Assembly: GCA_965242695.1 (NCBI GenBank)
Contig: CBDESU010000002.1
Location: 256,001-320,000 of the forward strand
Direction: 5' to 3'
Length of the DNA stretch: 64,000 nt
From: Cenarchaeum sp.
Lineage (GTDB): Archaea > Thermoproteota > Nitrososphaeria > Nitrososphaerales > Nitrosopumilaceae
Position numbers and translations under genes: made by a program. The notes under the pieces are model-generated. The model saw only the letters and a list, made by a program, of their open reading frames with translations. It had not been told where the DNA came from and did not search any database. Shown piece by piece: positions 59,741-64,000 of the stretch. Positions within the stretch are counted from its first letter, which is position 1, and each line of letters opens with the position of its first letter.

Positions 59741-59918
59741 GCACAACTCGAGAATGGCTTTCTGACCATTTCACATGCGTACGTTGGGAGTCGATGCGTC
59801 AAAAAGGGGATCAGAAACTTGTGCTCGTGACTATAGTCTGCACGGGCCCCTATCGGATGCCCATATGTTGTGAAATTGCATGCCAAGGGCGCCCACGCAT
59901 TGGCGTCGGTTGGACATC

Positions 59919-61034
59919 CTAGCGTATTTCAAAATAGATCCCCGGTTCGTCGCTCGATATCCCGTATGTGCAGTTCTTCCGCACATTGCTACGCAAAAAA
60001 TATTTTTTTGATCTTACAATGTTAATTCTTTCCAGTGCAGACTGGGCCAAGTGGTTGACCGCAGCGACAGTATCGCCACGATCAAGTTCTAGATATGTGT
60101 TCTGAAACGCCTCGGAAGCGGGCAAGCAGAAGATTGTTTTGTTTTCAGACAAGGGCGGCATCGTTGCGTGGGTTTTGTACTCGAACCCCCCGTCGCGGAT
60201 GATACCGCCGTCCAGCGCGGCTTGAAGAATCGAATTGATTATGCTGGACCAGGCCCCCACAATGAGCGTCCCGCTATCGCCCACCTGCTCCGAGACGCGT
60301 TTGTCTAGAACAACATCCCCGGCGATTTTTCTAGCAAAATCGTCCAGCAAGGCCTGCTTGTGCACGCCTGTCATTAGGACGGTCTTCACGTCTACAAAGA
60401 TACCGTCTACCGACAGGTCGGGCTGCCTGTTGTTGTGCCTAGGATGCAGCTTTACGCATGAGCTGTTCTGGCGGTACGCCGACAGGGCCTCAGCAAGAAT
60501 CCGGTTGTGATGCAGCTTGAGCGCCGTGTCGGTGTCATTGAGGAGGGCGTCTCGCTCCGCAGGCGTGGCCCCGCCAAGCGCATGCCAGAGCGCCAATATC
60601 TCGTACAGAAAATAATACGTTTGCCGGTGGTGCTTCTCAAACTCCGTGGCGATCTTGAGCAGGTTGCCCTCAGTAGCAGCCACCCATTGCCGCATCTTGC
60701 TGATCTCTTGCTCTTCAAAGTGGTCGTCAAGCTGCATGAACATCCATTCGTCTTGCCCGGTCTGCACGTTGATCGACGCACTGTCGTCCATAATTGAACC
60801 AGGAATGAGTAGATCGTGGTACTTTATTCTAAATTGCACCCCGCGGTCCGTCACCGCTATGTCACGGAGTAGGAGCATCCTCAGCATGGGAGGGGGCGGC
60901 GAAACCTGGATCCGCTTGAGGATGCGTGCGCCGAGGGAGGGGACGCGTGACCTTGAAAACGTACCTGGCGATACTCCAAAGTGTGTGGTGTTGTTCCAAT
61001 CGAAATCTACGCGTTCGTTACCATAGTTGTCCAT
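59919..61034 (-). CDS. Hypothetical protein with a probable PD-(D/E)xK nuclease motif
   Basis: QPDLSVDGIFVDVK; lower GC than flanks; TATAATA box at 61059-61065. Confidence 0.6.
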   Translation of the reverse strand: MDNYGNERVDFDWNNTTHFGVSPGTFSRSRVPSLGARILKRIQVSPPPPMLRMLLLRDIAVTDRGVQFRIKYHDLLIPGSIMDDSASINVQTGQDEWMFMQLDDHFEEQEISKMRQWVAATEGNLLKIATEFEKHHRQTYYFLYEILALWHALGGATPAERDALLNDTDTALKLHHNRILAEALSAYRQNSSCVKLHPRHNNRQPDLSVDGIFVDVKTVLMTGVHKQALLDDFARKIAGDVVLDKRVSEQVGDSGTLIVGAWSSIINSILQAALDGGIIRDGGFEYKTHATMPPLSENKTIFCLPASEAFQNTYLELDRGDTVAAVNHLAQSALERINIVRSKKYFLRSNVRKNCTYGISSDEPGIYFEIR

Positions 61035-61147
61035 ACCACTGCGGCGGTGTGTCTCCCCTATTATACCATCCCTTGGTGCGATACACGCCGTTGCGGAGGC
61101 CGCAACAGGGACGCCGCCTGCACTGCCGAAGGCCGCCTTTCGACAGG

Positions 61148-61155
61148 TATAAAAA
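61148..61155 (+). promoter_or_regulatory. TATA box of the HEPN gene, separated from it by an IS insertion
   Basis: TATAAAAA would lie 23 nt before ATG 62671 once the IS and one TTG are removed. Confidence 0.65.
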
Positions 61156-61173
61156 TCCCGCGGATGCCCCTTG

Positions 61174-62662
61174 GAAGCTTACGGGTAATTAGCGGCTAAG
61201 TCTTACGGTTGAATACGGGGGATGGGTGAAAGGCCGTCGCCGTACCCCCGCCTCCGCCCTCACATAGCCCGGCGTGGAACTTTTCTAGCGAGCCGTGTCT
61301 TGCCATAGTGCCAAACAAGGTGCAGGGGTGGAAGCCATCCCAGTCTTTCATCCATTAACATTATCGATTTAGATGGAGAATGCCCCATGCATTCTTGCGT
61401 ATTTCTCGTTGGAATGTAGGCCTAATACTTCCAACCTTCTGGCTGTGGAACACGTTCGCACGGCCTGCGATTTCGGTGCCCCCAATCTACAGGGTTTCTC
61501 CTCCTACATTTTTTGCGGAAATTGATTAGTCCGCAGACGACTTGAAAGATCATGTCCATCCGTTCGGTCTCAAACCAATGAAGCTTATCCAATATGTGGT
61601 AATTCTTAATGTGTGCATTTGTTTGTTCAACATAGTACTTTTGGCTGTTTATGTACGAGTTCTTCTTGTGGCTCTCCTCGGATAGCTCACCGCCAGGTGG
61701 TTTTTTATCGCCGTGGATTAGCGTGATATCTGGAGACTTTTCGACATGGTAGTACGCTCTGTCGGCAAACCACTTTTTCAGTGCACGGAGTAGCTGGTAG
61801 TTGCGCGTCCTGTGATAAAGGGCGGCGTCGTTGATCGCGGCCCGTACGGGCCGCGTCGCATCGATGATATACCCATTGCCATCCAAGGATGTCTGCACGT
61901 TAAGACCCACGCCCTTTTTACGCCTAGAATAGGACTTCAGGACATCCCTGTCGCGGGGCTTTGTGGTGTTGACGACCAATGCGTCTATGACACCCATCTC
62001 CAGATCTAGGTAGTCATCAAGGGGACGGTCGCGTCTAGGCCTAGAAACCCTCCGTCCAAGCCGTCTTGGAATGTCGAGAATCATATGGAGGATGGGTAAC
62101 AACTCCGTCAGTGCCGCTCGTGCTGTGTCATGAGACACATCAAACACCAGCGCCACATCTTCTTCTGACTTACCTCTGAGCTGCATTAGTGCCATGACAA
62201 GCCTGTCACGAAGGCCGAATTCATGTTGTCTCCCGGCTCCATACTTTCTTGTTCTGCCATGTTTATGAAAACGGCGGTACGCCTGGCGTAATGCGACGGG
62301 CTTAACTTCAGCATAGAGTTCGTCGACTTCACTGATTTTTAACGACGTAGCCGATAGGTGCGTGGAGGGGCGCGTCCATTCTGCAACACGGGATTTTCTT
62401 CGTCCGCCCACAACCAACCTCTCTAGTTTTTCCGGCATTCGGCGGCGGGCCACACCGGGATGATATAACACTTTGGTTTTGAAATAGGGCGTGTGGACGC
62501 TAAATTTGGTTTTGCGATCACCGATCAATGCTTGAATTGCAATCACTGGTGAAAGTGAAGTTGGAATTCCTGTCTTTAAAATGATTAGACGGTCTATTAC
62601 AGAATACTGGATTCGTACCGCATCCAACCGTAGAACTTAAGCGCTAATTACCCGTAAGCTTC
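61174..62662 (-). mobile_element. IS5-family (ISL2-like, DDE_Tnp_4) insertion sequence
   Basis: TIR GAAGCTTACGGGTAATTAGCG (21 bp perfect, ~42 bp imperfect); 3-bp TTG duplication at 61171-61173 and 62663-62665; low GC. Confidence 0.9.
61422..62438 (-). CDS. Transposase (HTH_Tnp_4/DDE_Tnp_4-like)
   Basis: VIDA, YSRRKK, NDAALY, ADRAY, KKPPGGELS...N...VEQTNAHIK. ATG at 62438 after TTATAT (62463-62468). Confidence 0.85.
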   Translation of the reverse strand: MPEKLERLVVGGRRKSRVAEWTRPSTHLSATSLKISEVDELYAEVKPVALRQAYRRFHKHGRTRKYGAGRQHEFGLRDRLVMALMQLRGKSEEDVALVFDVSHDTARAALTELLPILHMILDIPRRLGRRVSRPRRDRPLDDYLDLEMGVIDALVVNTTKPRDRDVLKSYSRRKKGVGLNVQTSLDGNGYIIDATRPVRAAINDAALYHRTRNYQLLRALKKWFADRAYYHVEKSPDITLIHGDKKPPGGELSEESHKKNSYINSQKYYVEQTNAHIKNYHILDKLHWFETERMDMIFQVVCGLINFRKKCRRRNPVDWGHRNRRPCERVPQPEGWKY

Positions 62663-62670
62663 TTGGCGGC

Positions 62671-63600
62671 ATGGCAGGCAAGGCGGATCAACAGACTGTG
62701 GCACAGAACCAACCCGCGGCGAAAGCTCCGGACGCTGGTGATTGGCTTGAAGCCGCGCAGCAGGACATCGAAGTGATGGACATGTGCTACGATAAAGAGC
62801 ACTATGGGGCATCGGCCTACCACTGCCAGCAGGCGCTGGAGAAGACCGTAAAATTCATGGTTGTCAAATACCGGTTGATGGAAAATCCCGCGCATCTAAA
62901 TCATGATCTCATCAGGAAGCTGCTTCGCAGGTGGAAAAAGATGGGCTCGACGCAGAATGAGTGGGCAAACGATGCAATCTCAACGTCTTGCGACATGTTG
63001 GATGAAATTGTCAGAGGCTCACGAAGCTGCTCTAGGGAAGCCGGCAAAACTCGTGCTGAGGGCGCTCTCTCGCTCAAAGAGTGGATATGGGCCTACTCGC
63101 TTGGCATACCCGTGCCTAGGTCAGCGGTGGAGAGATTTCGCATCAGAATGGAAGCCCCGCCCCCACAGCTGATAAACAAATTCCTCGACCGGCATTTTTC
63201 AAAGAAGGCCAAAAATAGAATCCAGAAAAAGCTGAAAAAGGCCAGGGATAAAAAAGACAATAGCGCCATAATCACGACGGCGTATGAAGAGTGCGTCAGA
63301 ATTCTCTGGATCGAATTCCAAAGAAGGTACAAGCCGCATGCGGGCCGCAAACACCTCCCCGGAGAGGTTGCTGAAGCATGCCTGTTGCTCTGGATGATGG
63401 CAAACTTAGACACTTTGCTCAAGATCATTCCCCACGAGGAATACGGACGCTATCCCGATGTACTGGACAAAAAATCGTACGCCCAGTTGTACGTCGAATA
63501 CTCGAAGGGCCTCTTAGACCTAAAAGAATTGGTTCGTGGATCTATTAACGAGCTGCTCAAGATGATCGGGCGCGAACGGCGCGTTCAGATGGCTAAATGA
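62671..63600 (+). CDS. HEPN-domain protein (MNT-HEPN type) with a large insertion
   Basis: WLEAAQQDI...YHCQQALEKTVK...HDL, and a distal RYP. Confidence 0.8.
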   Translation: MAGKADQQTVAQNQPAAKAPDAGDWLEAAQQDIEVMDMCYDKEHYGASAYHCQQALEKTVKFMVVKYRLMENPAHLNHDLIRKLLRRWKKMGSTQNEWANDAISTSCDMLDEIVRGSRSCSREAGKTRAEGALSLKEWIWAYSLGIPVPRSAVERFRIRMEAPPPQLINKFLDRHFSKKAKNRIQKKLKKARDKKDNSAIITTAYEECVRILWIEFQRRYKPHAGRKHLPGEVAEACLLLWMMANLDTLLKIIPHEEYGRYPDVLDKKSYAQLYVEYSKGLLDLKELVRGSINELLKMIGRERRVQMAK

Positions 63601-63798
63601 GGGACGCAAAGACATGTCCGCTGTGGTCAAGGGGCGCCCGGAGAGGCGATCGCCGTCTTGTCTGAGTTCGGGAAGATCCAGCCAGATGCAGAATGCCTGC
63701 GCGCCCCGCCCCAGCGCGCCCCGCCCCAGCGCGCCCCGCCCCGCCCGCGCGGTGGCCCACCGGCCAAGGCATAAAGGGCAGGGTTCCGGCCGCCTCAC

Positions 63799-64000
63799 GT
63801 GCAGGGCGACAAGGACGGCGGAGCAAAGGACTACGCCGACATGTTCAACAGGTTCTTCAGGGATGCTAGGCTGTCGAGCACGTACAAGCCGGTCCTTGTG
63901 GCTGCGCTCGTCGACATCAGCGGCGGGGGCGCGGGGGCGCCGCTGCCGGCCCGGGGAGAGTGGGCGCGCCGCGAGGGGGACCGCATGCGCGTGGACCTCA
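63799..64000 (+). CDS. 5' end of a probable HNH restriction-type endonuclease (truncated by the window edge)
   Basis: Open frame from GTG 63799 after a CATAAAG box: FNRFFRDARLSSTYKPVLVAALVD. This STYK N-terminal motif is typical of such proteins, but the HNH motif itself is not visible. Confidence 0.45.
   Translation, partial: MQGDKDGGAKDYADMFNRFFRDARLSSTYKPVLVAALVDISGGGAGAPLPARGEWARREGDRMRVDL

Overview
High-GC archaeal DNA. Many genes start (often TTG/GTG) about 23-25 nt after an AT-rich TATA box, and the gene content (giant secreted LVIVD/NHL proteins, Nitrosopumilaceae-type small proteins) suggests a Cenarchaeum-like, possibly sponge-associated, ammonia-oxidising archaeon; this assignment is inference. 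There are three blocks. (1) 1-32.4 kb: surface proteins, namely three paralogous ~1700-aa HExxH metalloprotease/HYR/LVIVD/FN3 proteins, a related frameshifted gene and two NHL-repeat proteins, plus two IS66-family transposase relics, one interrupted by an intact IS630. (2) 32.5-47.7 kb: glycosylation cluster (GT2/GT4, nucleotidyltransferase, UDP-sugar dehydrogenase, epimerase, methyltransferases). (3) 50-64 kb: defence island (OLD-family ATPase/nuclease, PD-(D/E)xK-TPR fusion, HEPN-like/helical protein, PD-(D/E)xK protein, IS5-like element, HEPN protein, probable HNH nuclease). The most notable signal is an orphan CRISPR-like mini-array at 56247-56414 with type I-G-like repeats and no cas genes in the window. 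Its first spacer matches the neighbouring divergent promoter over positions 1-18, with mismatches only at 6 and 12 and a 5'-TTG flank. This suggests Cascade-guided transcriptional repression of the nuclease-TPR/OLD genes. All protein family calls come from motif recognition by eye, not database searches.
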